From the NCBI GenBank assembly GCA_963457525.1, contig OY734805.1, positions 211,445-275,444 of the forward strand: DNA of 64,000 nt. Reading direction: 5' to 3'. This document shows positions 32,044 to 43,500 of this stretch, piece after piece. The translations under genes and the position numbers were made by a program. Source of the DNA: Parvibaculaceae bacterium. GTDB lineage: Bacteria; Pseudomonadota; Alphaproteobacteria; JAPOUT01. Position 1 is the stretch's first letter, and each line of letters starts with the position of its first letter. The notes below the pieces were generated by a model, which did no database searches, was not told the DNA's origin, and saw nothing but the letters and a program-made list of their open reading frames with translations.

Positions 32044-33366
32044 TCATCTCGCTTCCATGCGCAATAGTAAAGGCGAAGCGATAATGTCGCGATGCTTCGC
32101 CAAACCGTCCAGCACCCCACGCATTACACTCTCACAAGCCTCATGCGTCAACAAGGCCACCGGCAAACGTCCCGAATGCGCCTTTGCCTCCTCGTCGCGG
32201 GCGGGCGCCGCCGTCTGGATAATCTGCTCAATCGAAATCTCCGCACTCGCCAACTCGCGCGTGATTGCGGCCATGGAGCCGGCGCGATCCGTCGCATGAA
32301 GCCGCAGGTAGAAGCACCCCCGGGACTTGGACGGCGACAACGCCGAACACTCCGGCAAACTTGAGAGCGCCGCGCCCAACGGGAACACGCAACGCCCCGC
32401 GACAATGTCGATAATGTCGGCAACAACCGCGCTTGCGGTCGCCTCGCCCCCGGCGCCGTCTCCGGCAAAGAAGAGATTGCCGCCGAAATCGCCGCGCAAC
32501 GAGATTCCGTTGCGGGCACTCTGCACATGCGCCAGCAAAGAATCCCGCGGCACAAGCGCGGGTCGAACCCATTGTTCGATTTCATCGTTGTCGTGCCGGC
32601 GCGCGGTTGCGAGCAGGCGGATTTCGCAACCGAACTCCTGCGCGAAGCCGATGTCCTCCTGCGTGACCGCCTCAATGCCCTCGACCTGAACGGCATCGAA
32701 TGCAGGACGGTGCCGGAATGCCAGCGCCGACAACAATGCCAGCTTGTGCGCGGCATCAATGCCTCCGACATCAAGGCTCGGATCCGCTTCGGCGTATCCG
32801 AGACGCTGCGCTTCGGCAAGGGATTCATCGTAGGAACAACGACTTTGCGACATGCTCGTGAGAATGTAATTGCAAGTGCCGTTGAGAATGCCGCGCAACT
32901 CCCGAATGCGATTTCCCGCAAGCGCCTCCTTGATGCTTTTGACCACGGGAACGCCTCCGGCAATGGCCGCTTCAAAGCGCAATTGCACATCGCCTGTTTG
33001 CGCAAGTTCCGCAAACGCCACGCCATGATGCGCGCATGCGGCCTTGTTGGCGGTGACAACGTGCTTGCCCGCACGCAACGCCTTTTCGATAAGCGCTTTG
33101 GCAACGCCGTCCTGGCCGCCGATGAGCTCGACGACGATGTCGACATCTTTAACGTCCACCAGTTCCAAAGCGTCCTGGTGCCAGGCGAGTCCGTCCAGGG
33201 AAACGCCGCGGTCGCGATTACGATCGCGGGCGCTCACCGCAACGACTTCAATGCGGCGGCTTCCGCAACGGGCGGCAATGACATCGGCGTTGTCGCGCAA
33301 CTGCCGCAACACCGCGCCGCCGACCGTTCCGAGTCCGGCAATGGCAAGCGTGACCTTCTCCGACAT
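32044..33366 (-). CDS. hom: Homoserine dehydrogenase with C-terminal ACT domain
   Basis: GLGTVG, VVTANKA, GILNGT.NYIL, GYAEADP, G.GAG..ATASAV. Confidence 0.95.
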   Translation of the reverse strand: MSEKVTLAIAGLGTVGGAVLRQLRDNADVIAARCGSRRIEVVAVSARDRNRDRGVSLDGLAWHQDALELVDVKDVDIVVELIGGQDGVAKALIEKALRAGKHVVTANKAACAHHGVAFAELAQTGDVQLRFEAAIAGGVPVVKSIKEALAGNRIRELRGILNGTCNYILTSMSQSRCSYDESLAEAQRLGYAEADPSLDVGGIDAAHKLALLSALAFRHRPAFDAVQVEGIEAVTQEDIGFAQEFGCEIRLLATARRHDNDEIEQWVRPALVPRDSLLAHVQSARNGISLRGDFGGNLFFAGDGAGGEATASAVVADIIDIVAGRCVFPLGAALSSLPECSALSPSKSRGCFYLRLHATDRAGSMAAITRELASAEISIEQIIQTAAPARDEEAKAHSGRLPVALLTHEACESVMRGVLDGLAKHRDIIASPLLLRMEAR

Positions 33367-33638
33367 TATTCGCCTCCCTGCACCGGATCGGGGTGCAACT
33401 GCTCGAGGCGGTCGATCATTTCACGGCGCTCGGCTTCCATCTCTTCAACCTGCGTCTGATAATCCTGTTCGTTCTCGCGGGCGCTTTGACCCACCTGCTT
33501 GGGACGATCGGGGACATCGGAAAGCAACGGGAAGTTTTTGCCGGCCGCCGCGTCCGCCTTTGACGCCCCTGCAAGCACCATGGATGCCGCTACGACAAAA
33601 CAGGAAGAGAAAATCCGCAACATCGATACCGCCCTCAA
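33366..33638 (-). CDS. Small exported hypothetical protein
   Basis: Signal-like N-terminus, FPLLSDVPDRP, coiled-coil tail; translationally coupled between argC and hom. Confidence 0.55.
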   Translation of the reverse strand: MRAVSMLRIFSSCFVVAASMVLAGASKADAAAGKNFPLLSDVPDRPKQVGQSARENEQDYQTQVEEMEAERREMIDRLEQLHPDPVQGGE

Positions 33639-34708
33639 GGAAACAAAGGCAAAGAGCGAAGCCCTTCGCTTTCTTCGAAGCCGAACATCAGGTTCATATT
33701 CTGAACCGCCTGGCCGCTTGATCCCTTCACCAGATTATCAAGCGCCGCAACGACAATCGCCCGGCCGGGGACACGGTCGGCGAACACGCCGATATGGCAG
33801 AAATTCGAACCGCGAACATGCCGCGTCGCGGGAACATCGCCGTCGGGCAAAACGCGAATGAACGGTGCATCGCGGTAGAAAGATTCGAGCGATTCGCGGA
33901 CGTCGGCAACGCTGCAATCGGGAGCAAGGGTAACATAAGAAGTCGTCAGTTCGCCGCGATTCATCGGAACAAGATGCGGCGTGAAACTCACGAGCAGTTG
34001 CTGCCCCGCGGCACGGGAGAGTTCCTGCTCGATCTCGGGAGCATGGCGATGGCTCGCAACGGCGTACGGATGAACGCCTTCGGCAATCTCGGTAAACAGG
34101 TTGGCTTCCTTGACGGCGCGCCCTGCTCCCGACACGCCCGATTTTGCATCGATAATGACGCCGCCGGCATCAATGGTTTTGGCTTGCAATGGCGGAAGCA
34201 GTCCCGCGAGCACGGCGGTGGGATAGCACCCCGGGCAGGCAACAAGGTTCGCGGACGCAATGTCGTCTCGATAAAATTCGCTAAGCCCGTAAACCGCGCT
34301 TGCCTGCAATTTCGGCGCGCTGTGTTCGCGCCCGTACCACTGCGCGTAAACGCCGGTGTCGCGCAAACGGAAATCGGCGGAGAGGTCGATGATGCGCGGC
34401 GGCGAGGTGCGCGCCGCCAGTTTCGCGAGAATCTCCTGCCCGGCCCCGTGGGGAAGACAGGAGAAGACGACATCGACATCGTCCCATGCATTGTCCTTGA
34501 TATCTTCGATGCGCGAGGCCGCGGGAAGTTCCAGCGATGCGAGGTGGGGATGAATCTCGCGCAACGCCCTGCCCGCATGGCTGTGCGCCGAGAGGAGCGT
34601 GATTCTTACACCGGGGTGTCCGGCAAGCAGACGCAGGGCGTCGGCGCCGGTATATCCCGACGCTCCCAGCAGTGCCACATGCAAAGGATCTTTGGTTTTG
34701 CCGCGCAT
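33635..34708 (-). CDS. argC: N-acetyl-gamma-glutamyl-phosphate reductase
   Basis: GASGYTG, IDLSADFR, PGCYPT, SGVSGAGR, DNLVKG. Confidence 0.97.
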   Translation of the reverse strand: MRGKTKDPLHVALLGASGYTGADALRLLAGHPGVRITLLSAHSHAGRALREIHPHLASLELPAASRIEDIKDNAWDDVDVVFSCLPHGAGQEILAKLAARTSPPRIIDLSADFRLRDTGVYAQWYGREHSAPKLQASAVYGLSEFYRDDIASANLVACPGCYPTAVLAGLLPPLQAKTIDAGGVIIDAKSGVSGAGRAVKEANLFTEIAEGVHPYAVASHRHAPEIEQELSRAAGQQLLVSFTPHLVPMNRGELTTSYVTLAPDCSVADVRESLESFYRDAPFIRVLPDGDVPATRHVRGSNFCHIGVFADRVPGRAIVVAALDNLVKGSSGQAVQNMNLMFGFEESEGLRSLPLFP

Positions 34709-34724
34709 TGCGGTTGGAGCGCGC

Positions 34725-35255
34725 TTAGCGCTTGGAGAATTGGAAGCTGCGCCGTGCTTTTCGACGACCGTATTTTTTGCGTTCGACGACTCTTGCGTCT
34801 CGTGTGAGGGTCCCGGCTTTTTTCAGGATGCCGCGCAGTTCGGGTTCATAATAAGTGAGCGCCTTTGAGAGTCCGTGACGCACGGCTCCGGCCTGGCCGG
34901 AAAGTCCGCCGCCGCGGACATTGCAGGTGACGTCATACTGGCTCTCGCGGTCGGTGAGCGCAAGCGGGTGCCGCAGGATCATCGAGAGAACCGGGCGTGC
35001 AAAATATTCCTTCATCTCCTTGCCGTTGACGGTAATCTTGCCGGAGCCGGGACGGATCCAAACACGCGCGATGGCGTCCTTGCGCTTGCCGGTGGCATAA
35101 GCGCGCCCTTGGGAATCAAGGTGCTGGATGGTGTTGTCGCGAGGCTCGGGCGGCACCGGAGACGGATCGTCCGGCGGCGGGTCGGCCGGAAGGATGACGG
35201 GAGAATGTTCGGGAGTTTCCCCGGGAGTCTCTTCGGGGGTTTCTTGAGCGGCCAT
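34725..35255 (-). CDS. rpsI: 30S ribosomal protein S9
   Basis: [39 protein letters not shown]. Confidence 0.97.
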   Translation of the reverse strand: MAAQETPEETPGETPEHSPVILPADPPPDDPSPVPPEPRDNTIQHLDSQGRAYATGKRKDAIARVWIRPGSGKITVNGKEMKEYFARPVLSMILRHPLALTDRESQYDVTCNVRGGGLSGQAGAVRHGLSKALTYYEPELRGILKKAGTLTRDARVVERKKYGRRKARRSFQFSKR

Positions 35256-35740
35256 TAGATTGCGTTCCTTGAGGGTGTGTTCTTGGAGTTGAACGATTTG
35301 ACATCGAGGGGTTTGGGCTGTTGCGCCTGGTGCCTGTGGGCTTCGCCGGCGTAAACGCGAAGCTTGCGCAACTGCTGCCGTGCGAGGGGACCGTCCGGCA
35401 TCATGCGGCTGACGGCTTTTTCAATCACGCGCTGGGGATGCTTGCCCTGGAAGATTTTTTCCGGCGTGGTTGTTTTGATGCCGCCGGGATAACCGGTGTG
35501 GCGGTGGTATTGCTTGTCCGTCAACTTGCGTCCGGTGAAAACCGCCTTTTCCGCATTGATGATGATGACGTGGTCACCGCAATCCATGTGGGGAGTGTAG
35601 TGGGGCTTGTGCTTGCCGCGCAGGCGCGTCGCTACAAGTGCCGCAAGCCTCCCGACCACAACGCCCTCGGCGTCAATTACGAGCCACTCGGGGTTGAGAT
35701 CAGCGGGTTTCGCGGAGAAAGTCTTCTGCGTAGTAGTCAT
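35255..35740 (-). CDS. rplM: 50S ribosomal protein L13
   Basis: [29 protein letters not shown]. Confidence 0.97.
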   Translation of the reverse strand: MTTTQKTFSAKPADLNPEWLVIDAEGVVVGRLAALVATRLRGKHKPHYTPHMDCGDHVIIINAEKAVFTGRKLTDKQYHRHTGYPGGIKTTTPEKIFQGKHPQRVIEKAVSRMMPDGPLARQQLRKLRVYAGEAHRHQAQQPKPLDVKSFNSKNTPSRNAI

Positions 35741-35773
35741 GGGGAGTTACTACACTCCAACAAGGCGCTTTCG

Positions 35774-36775
35774 TCAAGGAAAATCTCCGGGAAAATCTCT
35801 GCGCGCCTCGTGGAAATGGAAGACGGCCACGATGAAAACGACAATTGCGCCCGCCTGGTGGAGAAGCCCCGTGGCGAGGGGCATCGCCGAAAACAGCGCG
35901 AAGTTGCCGAGGGCGACCTGGACGAGGAGAGCCCCCGTGAGAAGCAAACGGCTTGTTTGTGCGGGTTTTGGGGCGTTTTTGCCGACGAGAAGCCCGGTGT
36001 GGAGCAGGACGGCGGCGACGATTCCATAGGCGAGGCTCTGGTGGGCGGCGAGCAGGGCGGCGGCGAGACGGGGGGACGGGAGCGCAATGCCCTGGGCCAG
36101 GGCGGGAGGGACGGATTCGCCGCGCCCGCCGGCAACCAGCGCGCCGAGGAGAATCTGCACGAACAAAGCGAGCAGAATCGCTCCGGCGACCCACCGGTCG
36201 CGGGACCACCGAATCGGCGGGACCGGCCGCAGGAGCGCGAGCGCGCTGTGAAGGCACAAGCCCAGCAACAAAAACGCCATGGCGAGGTGCAAGGCGAGCC
36301 GGTAGGGATCAACGTCGATGCGGTTCTGCAAGCCGCTCGCGACCATATACCATCCCAGCGCGCCCTGCCCGGCTCCGAGCAAAAAGATCAGCGCGAGTTT
36401 CGCCAGCATGGCGGCCGAGAAATATCCGCGCAGCGCAAACCACACGAACGGCAGGAAAAATGCAACGCCGATGAATCTTCCGAAGGCCCGATGCGTCCAC
36501 TCCCACCAATAGATGGTTTTAAATCCTTCGAGGGTCATGTCCGGATTGACGATCCGGTATTGCGGGATTTGCTGATATTGGCGAAAGGCTTCGTTCCATT
36601 CTTCCGGGGATGTCGGCGGAAGGATTCCGGAAACGGGCAGCCACTGCGTGATGGAGAGTCCGGAATTTGTTAATCGCGTCGCTCCGCCAATGAGGATTAT
36701 CGCGCAAATGAGCGCAACGATAACGAGCAGCCAAACGGCAACGGCTTTATCATTTTTATGCGCATTGATGTTCAT
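35774..36775 (-). CDS. ctaA: Heme A synthase (COX15/CtaA)
   Basis: GGATRLTNSGLSITQW, WEWTHR, QG.LGWYMV.SGL, RLALHL, LHQ. Confidence 0.9.
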   Translation of the reverse strand: MNINAHKNDKAVAVWLLVIVALICAIILIGGATRLTNSGLSITQWLPVSGILPPTSPEEWNEAFRQYQQIPQYRIVNPDMTLEGFKTIYWWEWTHRAFGRFIGVAFFLPFVWFALRGYFSAAMLAKLALIFLLGAGQGALGWYMVASGLQNRIDVDPYRLALHLAMAFLLLGLCLHSALALLRPVPPIRWSRDRWVAGAILLALFVQILLGALVAGGRGESVPPALAQGIALPSPRLAAALLAAHQSLAYGIVAAVLLHTGLLVGKNAPKPAQTSRLLLTGALLVQVALGNFALFSAMPLATGLLHQAGAIVVFIVAVFHFHEARRDFPGDFP

Positions 36776-36824
36776 AGGGGTATAATCGGGGATAAGTCGC
36801 AAATGTGGAAGGGAAAGATGCGCA

Positions 36825-38120
36825 ATGTTGTTTAGCGAAGATTTTCAAGCGGCGCCTTTCTGGCAGGATGATGTTGTTGCGCCCGCCGACGGGGGCGCCG
36901 GATTGCCCGAACGCGCCGATGTCCTTGTGGTCGGCGGCGGCTATACCGGCATGAGCGCGGCGCTGGAGCTCGCACGGGGCGGCCGCGAGGTCGTCGTTGT
37001 GGACAGCAACGAGACCGGATGGGGATGTTCGTCGCGCAACGGCGGGCAGGTCTCCGAAGGCGTCAAGCCCGATTACACCAAACTTGCACGTTCCTACGGA
37101 GGGGCGCGCGCACGGGAGATCATTCTCGAGTCCGAGCGCGCCTTGTTCGGGATGTGCGACTTCATCGAAACCGAAAACATCGAATGCGACTTTCGCCGTT
37201 GCGGCCGCTTTCACGGCGCGCACACGCGCAAGGCCTTCGAGCGGCTCGCACGCGAAGTTGAAGAACGCAACCGCATCGCCGAACGCGCGGACGGCGCCTA
37301 CATGGTCGAACGCACCGAACAATCCGCCGAGGTCGGCACGCAGGTTTATTACGGCGGAGCGGTTTTTCCCGAACACGTCAGCGTGCATCCGGCGAAACTC
37401 CTGCACGGCATCGAAACGCTTGCGCGCAACGCCGGTGCGACCGTTGCGCCCCATTGCGCCGCCGAATCCATCGAACGAGAAGGCGACGGCTTCCGCATCA
37501 AGACGCAAAAAGGGGAGATTGCCTGCCGCAATGTCGTTCTCGCGACCAACGGTTATACCGGCAAGCTTTCGCCGTGGCATCGCCGCCGCATCATTCCCAT
37601 CGGCAGTTACATCATCGCGACCGAGCCCCTTGATAGCGGCCTTATCGAACGGGCGCTGCCGAAGGATCGCGTCTTCTCGGATACGCGCAAGGTCGTCTAT
37701 TACTACCGCGCCTCTCCCGACCGTCGGCGCATGCTGTTCGGCGGACGTGTTTCCTGCAACGAAACCGACCCGCGCATCTCCGCGCCGTTGCTGCATGCGG
37801 AAATGTCGCGCCTGTTTCCCGAACTCAAATCCGTGCGCGTGAGTCACTCCTGGTGCGGATTTGTAGCTTTCACGTTCGATAGGCTCATGCATGCGGGATG
37901 TTTCGACGGCATCCATTACGCCACCGGATATTGCGGCTCCGGCATCGCGCTTTCGACTTATCTGGGCAGGCGCGTCGCACAGCAAATCCTCGGCAAGCCC
38001 GAGGGCGCAACCGCCTTCGACGACATCCCCTTCCCCACCGTTCCCTTCTACACCGGAAATCCGTGGTGGCTTTCCGGCGTGCTGGGCTGGTATAAATGCC
38101 GGGATGCCCTGCCATGGTGA
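36825..38120 (+). CDS. FAD-dependent oxidoreductase (DadA/PuuB-like)
   Basis: VVGGGYTG, GCSSRNGG, VLATNGY, GYCGSG. Confidence 0.88.
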   Translation: MLFSEDFQAAPFWQDDVVAPADGGAGLPERADVLVVGGGYTGMSAALELARGGREVVVVDSNETGWGCSSRNGGQVSEGVKPDYTKLARSYGGARAREIILESERALFGMCDFIETENIECDFRRCGRFHGAHTRKAFERLAREVEERNRIAERADGAYMVERTEQSAEVGTQVYYGGAVFPEHVSVHPAKLLHGIETLARNAGATVAPHCAAESIEREGDGFRIKTQKGEIACRNVVLATNGYTGKLSPWHRRRIIPIGSYIIATEPLDSGLIERALPKDRVFSDTRKVVYYYRASPDRRRMLFGGRVSCNETDPRISAPLLHAEMSRLFPELKSVRVSHSWCGFVAFTFDRLMHAGCFDGIHYATGYCGSGIALSTYLGRRVAQQILGKPEGATAFDDIPFPTVPFYTGNPWWLSGVLGWYKCRDALPW

Positions 38121-38142
38121 AGGGGCGGAGAATTCCAAAAGT

Positions 38143-38274
38143 TTAAGATTTATGCATCAAGGCATCGCTCGGCGGATTCTTGCGTCTGTTTATTATTCGA
38201 TTAATAAATTGATAAAAACTTACAATGGAAATAAAAGCACCTACAACGGCGATAGCGATACCTGTAAAGGACAT
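38143..38274 (-). CDS. Possible 43-aa single-TM peptide in a low-GC islet
   Basis: MSFTGIAIAVVGAFISIVSFYQFINRIINRRK: hydrophobic helix plus basic tail. Confidence 0.3.
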   Translation of the reverse strand: MSFTGIAIAVVGAFISIVSFYQFINRIINRRKNPPSDALMHKS

Positions 38275-38429
38275 TAACTTCGCGGTGCATATTCCCGAAT
38301 CGTCAAAGATTTTACGGCCCCGCATCCCAATCTTGTGCTATACTGCCTATACGAACCAGGATGTAGAACGCCAATTCGAAAAAACTGGAGCACCAGAACG
38401 AATTGTTACAAAAACAAGTGGAGAGCGAT

Positions 38430-38609
38430 ATGAAAGTTCTACAAGCCGAGAGAAAAGGAGCAAAAGCCGAGAGTGATTCCGCTATTGAACGACTTCGTAC
38501 GGATATAGAGAAGGGTGTCAACTCTATTAACACGAGAGTGACAAATGTGGTTGCTGTTGCTGTTGCTATCCTAGGCGTGTCAATTGCGGCTTTTGCAATT
38601 TTCAAATAA
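38430..38609 (+). CDS. Small coiled-coil + C-terminal TM protein (possibly the 3' part of a frameshifted gene)
   Basis: GGAGAG SD; MKVLQAE...SAIERLRTDIEK...VVAVAVAILGVSIAAFAIFK. Confidence 0.5.
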   Translation: MKVLQAERKGAKAESDSAIERLRTDIEKGVNSINTRVTNVVAVAVAILGVSIAAFAIFK

Positions 38610-38737
38610 GCGCGCATTTTCCCGCAAGTTTTTTTCGAAGAAATCATACCCAAAAACTGATAGAGTCCCCCTAACACCCTGCCCTTGAGGCAGTTTTGCG
38701 CAACAATATCGACAAGCACCCGACCGAAGAGCAAAAC

Positions 38738-40519
38738 ATGAAACAAAAACTTCCCTTGATTGCATGCGCCGTTTTGGCGTTCTGGTGCTTTGATGCGCGC
38801 GCCGAACCAAGTCACGGCATCGCCATGCACGGCGAGCCGGCTTATGCACCGGGATTTGAACACCTCTCTTATGTCCGTCCGGATGCGCCGCGCGGGGGAA
38901 ACATTTCGCATGGAGTCGCGGGAAGCTTTGACAGCCTCAACCCCCTCATTGTCAGGGGCAATGCCGCGAACGGCGTGCGCGCATGGGTCTACGAGAGTCT
39001 GATGGCGCGCTCCTATGACGAGCCCTTTTCTCTCTACGGCCTGCTCGCGGAAACCATCGAGACGCCGGAGGATCGCTCGTGGGTGGAGTTCCGTTTGCGT
39101 CCGGAGGCGCGTTTTTCCGACGGCTCTCCGGTGCGCGTTGAAGATGTCATCTTCTCGCTGGAGACGCTGCGCGACCGCGGACGCCCGAATCACCGGTTGT
39201 ATTATTCAAAGGTCTCCCGCATTGAGCGTCCCGGACCCGGGCGCGTACGCTTCTTCCTTGAGGGCGGCGACCGCGAGATGCCCCTGATATTGGGATTGAT
39301 GCCGATACTCTCGGAAGAGCACTTCCGCACCCACGACTTCGATGCCGCCGGCCTTGTGCCTCCGGTTGGAAGCGGCCCTTACCGTGTCGGCAAGGTGGAT
39401 GTCGGCACGCGCATCGTGTTCGAGCGCAACGAGGATTACTGGGGGGCGCATTTGGGAGTTAACCGCGGGCGTTATAATTTCGACACCATTACTTATGACT
39501 ACTACCGCGACGACAACGCTTCCTTTGAGGCGTTCAAGGCGGGACTGCTTGATGTTCGCGTTGAGGGTGACGCGGCGCGCTGGCAGGGCGCCTACGACTT
39601 TCCCGCTGTTGCCGACGGCCGGGTCGTTCGCCACGTATTCGACAAGCAAACACCTTCGGGGATGTACGGCATGGTGTTCAACACAAGGCGCCCGGTGTTC
39701 ACGGATGAACGGGTGCGCCGCGCGCTGATATTGCTGTTTGATTTCGAATGGGTGAACAAAAACCTTCTTTACGGATTATACCAACGCACGAACAGTTACT
39801 TTGACAGCTCCGTGCTGTCCTCGCACGGACGCGCGGCGGACGCCCGGGAACGCGAATTGCTTGCACCGTTCGGCGATGCGGTGGAGGACGGAATCCTCGA
39901 GAGCGGATATACCGCTCCGCAGAGCGACGGATCCGGACGCAACCGGAAGCACCGGCGCGAAGCACTGGCGTTGCTGGAGTCCGCAGGCTACCGCGTCCAA
40001 GACGGCATCGTCGCAAACGAAACCGGCGAACCTTTGGCATTCGAGATTTTGATTGCACGCGTGGATGAAGAGAGACTCGCCCTGCAATATGTCGAACAAT
40101 TGTCGCGCGCGGGAATAGAGGCGCGGGTTCGGTTTGTCGACTCAAGCCAGTATCAGCAGCGCCTTCAGGATTTCGATTACGACATGATTTTCAACTTTTG
40201 GTATGCGTCCCTTTCGCTGGGCAACGAGCAGGCATTGTATTGGGGCTCCGAAGTCGCCGACGATCCCGGTTCGCGCAACTACATGGGCGCGCGCGAAGCG
40301 GGCGTGGATGCGATGATTGCGGCAATACTCGAGGCACGCGACTGGGAGTCCTATGTATCGGCGGCCAGGGCGCTGGATCGAGTCCTGCTGTCGGGAAGAT
40401 ACGTGATTCCGTTGTTTCATGTTCCGGGACAATGGGTTGCGGCGTGGAGCCGAGTTCGCTGGCCGGAGGCGACATCGCTTTACGGTTATCGCGAGGACAG
40501 TTGGTGGATTGAGGAATAG
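38738..40519 (+). CDS. ABC transporter peptide-binding protein (YejA-like, family 5)
   Basis: HGIAMHGEP.Y, PDAPRGG, FDSLNP, YGLLAE, GSGPY; no permease genes adjacent. Confidence 0.9.
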   Translation: MKQKLPLIACAVLAFWCFDARAEPSHGIAMHGEPAYAPGFEHLSYVRPDAPRGGNISHGVAGSFDSLNPLIVRGNAANGVRAWVYESLMARSYDEPFSLYGLLAETIETPEDRSWVEFRLRPEARFSDGSPVRVEDVIFSLETLRDRGRPNHRLYYSKVSRIERPGPGRVRFFLEGGDREMPLILGLMPILSEEHFRTHDFDAAGLVPPVGSGPYRVGKVDVGTRIVFERNEDYWGAHLGVNRGRYNFDTITYDYYRDDNASFEAFKAGLLDVRVEGDAARWQGAYDFPAVADGRVVRHVFDKQTPSGMYGMVFNTRRPVFTDERVRRALILLFDFEWVNKNLLYGLYQRTNSYFDSSVLSSHGRAADARERELLAPFGDAVEDGILESGYTAPQSDGSGRNRKHRREALALLESAGYRVQDGIVANETGEPLAFEILIARVDEERLALQYVEQLSRAGIEARVRFVDSSQYQQRLQDFDYDMIFNFWYASLSLGNEQALYWGSEVADDPGSRNYMGAREAGVDAMIAAILEARDWESYVSAARALDRVLLSGRYVIPLFHVPGQWVAAWSRVRWPEATSLYGYREDSWWIEE

Positions 40520-40521
40520 GC

Positions 40522-43500
40522 TTACGCCGAATCCGCCGACGCCTGCGTCTTTTCAACCAAGCCCGCGAGAAATTCGGTCAATTTCAGGCAAACGTTAAGA
40601 CGTTCTTCCTCTTTCCAGTCGCCCTGCCAAACGAGATGGTGGTCGGGACGCAACCACACCGAATCGCCGCATGATTCCATCCAGCGTGCGAGCCCGGCCG
40701 GATCGGCGAACCTGTCGTTGCGGAATTTTACCACCACGCCGCGCTCACCGATTTCCATGCGTTCGACCCCCGCCCTGCGGCACAGGACTTTCACCCGAAC
40801 GACTCCGAGCAGCCGTTTGACCTCAACAGGCAAAACACCGAAGCGGTCTTCGAGTTCCTCGCCGAAGATTTCGATTTCGTCAGCTTCTCGCAGCCGCCCT
40901 AGGCGCCGGTAGAGACTCATGCGCAGGGAAACATCGGCAACGAAGTTTTCGGGTATGAGGGCGCTTGCGCCGATTCCGATGCGCGGCGACCAGGCTTCCT
41001 CGACCGCCTCGCCCCGGGATTCACGCAGCGCTTCTTCGAGCATCGCGCGGTAGAGTTCGAAACCGACTTCGCGGATGTGCCCGGACTGCTCCTCGCCGAG
41101 AAGATTTCCCGAGCCGCGCATGTCGAGATCGTGGAAGGCGAGACGAAAACCGCTGCCGAGTTCCTCCATGGACAAGAGAACCTGCAAACGGCGTTCGACG
41201 CTTTCGGGAAGGGTGCGGTTGGACGGAACGGTGAAGTATGCATAGGCGCGTTCCTTGGCGCGGCCGATGCGTCCGCGCAACTGGTAAAGTTGCGCGAGCC
41301 CGAACAGATCGGAGCGATGCACGATCAATGTGTTCGCTTCGGGGATATCGAGTCCGGACTCGACGATGTTGGTGGAAAGCAGAACGTCGCAGGCGCCCTC
41401 GTAGAAAGACGTCATTGCCTTGTTGAGTTGAACAACGGGCATTTGCCCGTGGGCGATGACGACGCGCAGTTCGGGAACATAGACTTTCAGGAAGCGCGCG
41501 ACCTCTTCGATGTCCGTGATGCGCGGGCAGACATAGAAACTCCTGCCGCCGCGATACCGTTCGCGCAGGAGGGCTTCACGCGTGACGACGGGATCGAAAG
41601 GCGAAAGAAAACTGCGCACGGCAATGCGGTCCACAGGAGGCGTTGCGATGACGGAGAGTTCGCGCACGCCGGAAAGGGCGAGTTGGAGCGTTCGCGGGAT
41701 GGGCGTTGCGCTCAGCGTGAGAACATGAACGCCGTGCTGGAGTTCCTTGAGCCGCTCCTTGTGCCGGACGCCGAAGTGCTGCTCTTCATCAAGGATGAAA
41801 AGCCCCAGCGAGCGAAACTTCACCCGCTTGGCGAGCAGCGCATGCGTGCCGATGATGATGTCGACCTTTCCCGCTTCAAGGTCTTTGACGGCGTTGTTCG
41901 CCTGCGTGACCGTAACAAAACGGGAGAGCTGGCGTATGTCGACGGGGAAGCCCTGGAAGCGCTCGCGGAAAGTCGCAAAATGCTGTCGCGCGAGGAGGGT
42001 GGTCGGCGCGAGCACGGCGACCTGCGAGCCGCTCATCACGGCGATGAAGGCCGCGCGCAGGGCGATTTCGGTTTTGCCGAAACCGACGTCGCCGCATACG
42101 AGCCGGTCCATGGGCTTTCCGGCCGCGAGATCCTTTGCGACGAGTTCCATGGCCTGCGCCTGGTCTTCGGTTTCCTCGAAGGGAAAGCGTGCGCAGAATT
42201 CCTCATATCCCGGCGGCGAGTTCATGACCGCGCCGGTGCTGAGCGCCCGGGCGCGCGCCGTCGAGATTAGGCGTCCCGCCATGTCGCGCAGCCGTTTCTT
42301 CACACCGGCCTTGCGCGTCTGCCACGAGACCGCGCCGAGTTTATCGAGCGTCACTTCCCCCTCACCGGAAGAATAGCGCGAGAGCAAATCGACGTTTTCG
42401 ACCGGCAAAAACAGCCTGTCGCCGTCTTTGTAACCGAGCAGCAGGCAATCGTGGAGCGCGCCGCCGTCTTCGAGGGTATGCAGACCTTCGAAACGGGCTA
42501 TGCCGTGGTCGACATGAACGACATAGTCGCCCTTCGCGAGATCGCCAACGTCGAAAAAGATGCGCTTGCGTTTCGGGCGGCGTCGAATGAGCCGTTCACC
42601 GAGGACGTCCTGCTCGCTGATGATGGCGATATCGGAGGTCTCGACGCCGGCTTCCAGCCCCAGGGAAATACTCGCAAGCGCGGTTGCGGGAAGGCGCAGA
42701 ACTTCTTCCCAGGTGTCGACGGATTCGATGGCTTCCACTCCGTGATCCTGCAGCAGCGCGCACAGGCGTTCGCGTGAAGGCTTGCTCCAACTTGCGGTGA
42801 CAACGCGCAATCCGCGCGCACGCAGGGATTCGATGTGACGCGCCAGGGCTTCGAAGACGTTGCTTCCGGTTTGTTTTTGTTCCGGAGTGAAATCGCGCCC
42901 GCGCCTTGCGCCCAGATCGATGCGCTCGGTCGATTTATCCTGCGAGTCTTCCTGCGCGGAGATTCCCGGCGTGAAGAATCTCGCGCGCGTTTTTTGCAGG
43001 CGCGTCTCCCACTCGGACGAGAACAGATAAAGTTCTTCGGGCTCGAGAGGCTGGTAAACCGGCGCGCCGAAGGAGGTTTCGCCGATGTGGCGGGTGCGTT
43101 CGGCGTGGTATTCCTCAATTGCCTCGAGTCTTCGGGCGCGCGCGGACTCGCATCCGTGGTCGAAGGAGAGCCATGCGCCTTCGGGCAAATGGTCAAACAG
43201 GGATTCGAGTTTGTCGAAGAAGAGCGGAAGCCAATGTTCCATTCCCCGAAACCGCGTGGCCCGGCTGATGGCCTGGTAGAGACTGTCTTCACCGGATGCG
43301 GCGCCGAAACGCGCGACATATCCGGAGCGGAAGCGCGAGATGCTTTCCTCGTCCAAGAGGGCTTCGGATGCGGGCAGGAGGAGGATTTCCTTTTCTTCGG
43401 CGCTGGAGCGCTGGCTGCCCGGATCGAAGCCGCGCAGGGATTCGAGGGTGTCGCCGAAAAAGTCCAGGCGCATGGGCTCGCTTGCCGCGGCGGGAAAGAT

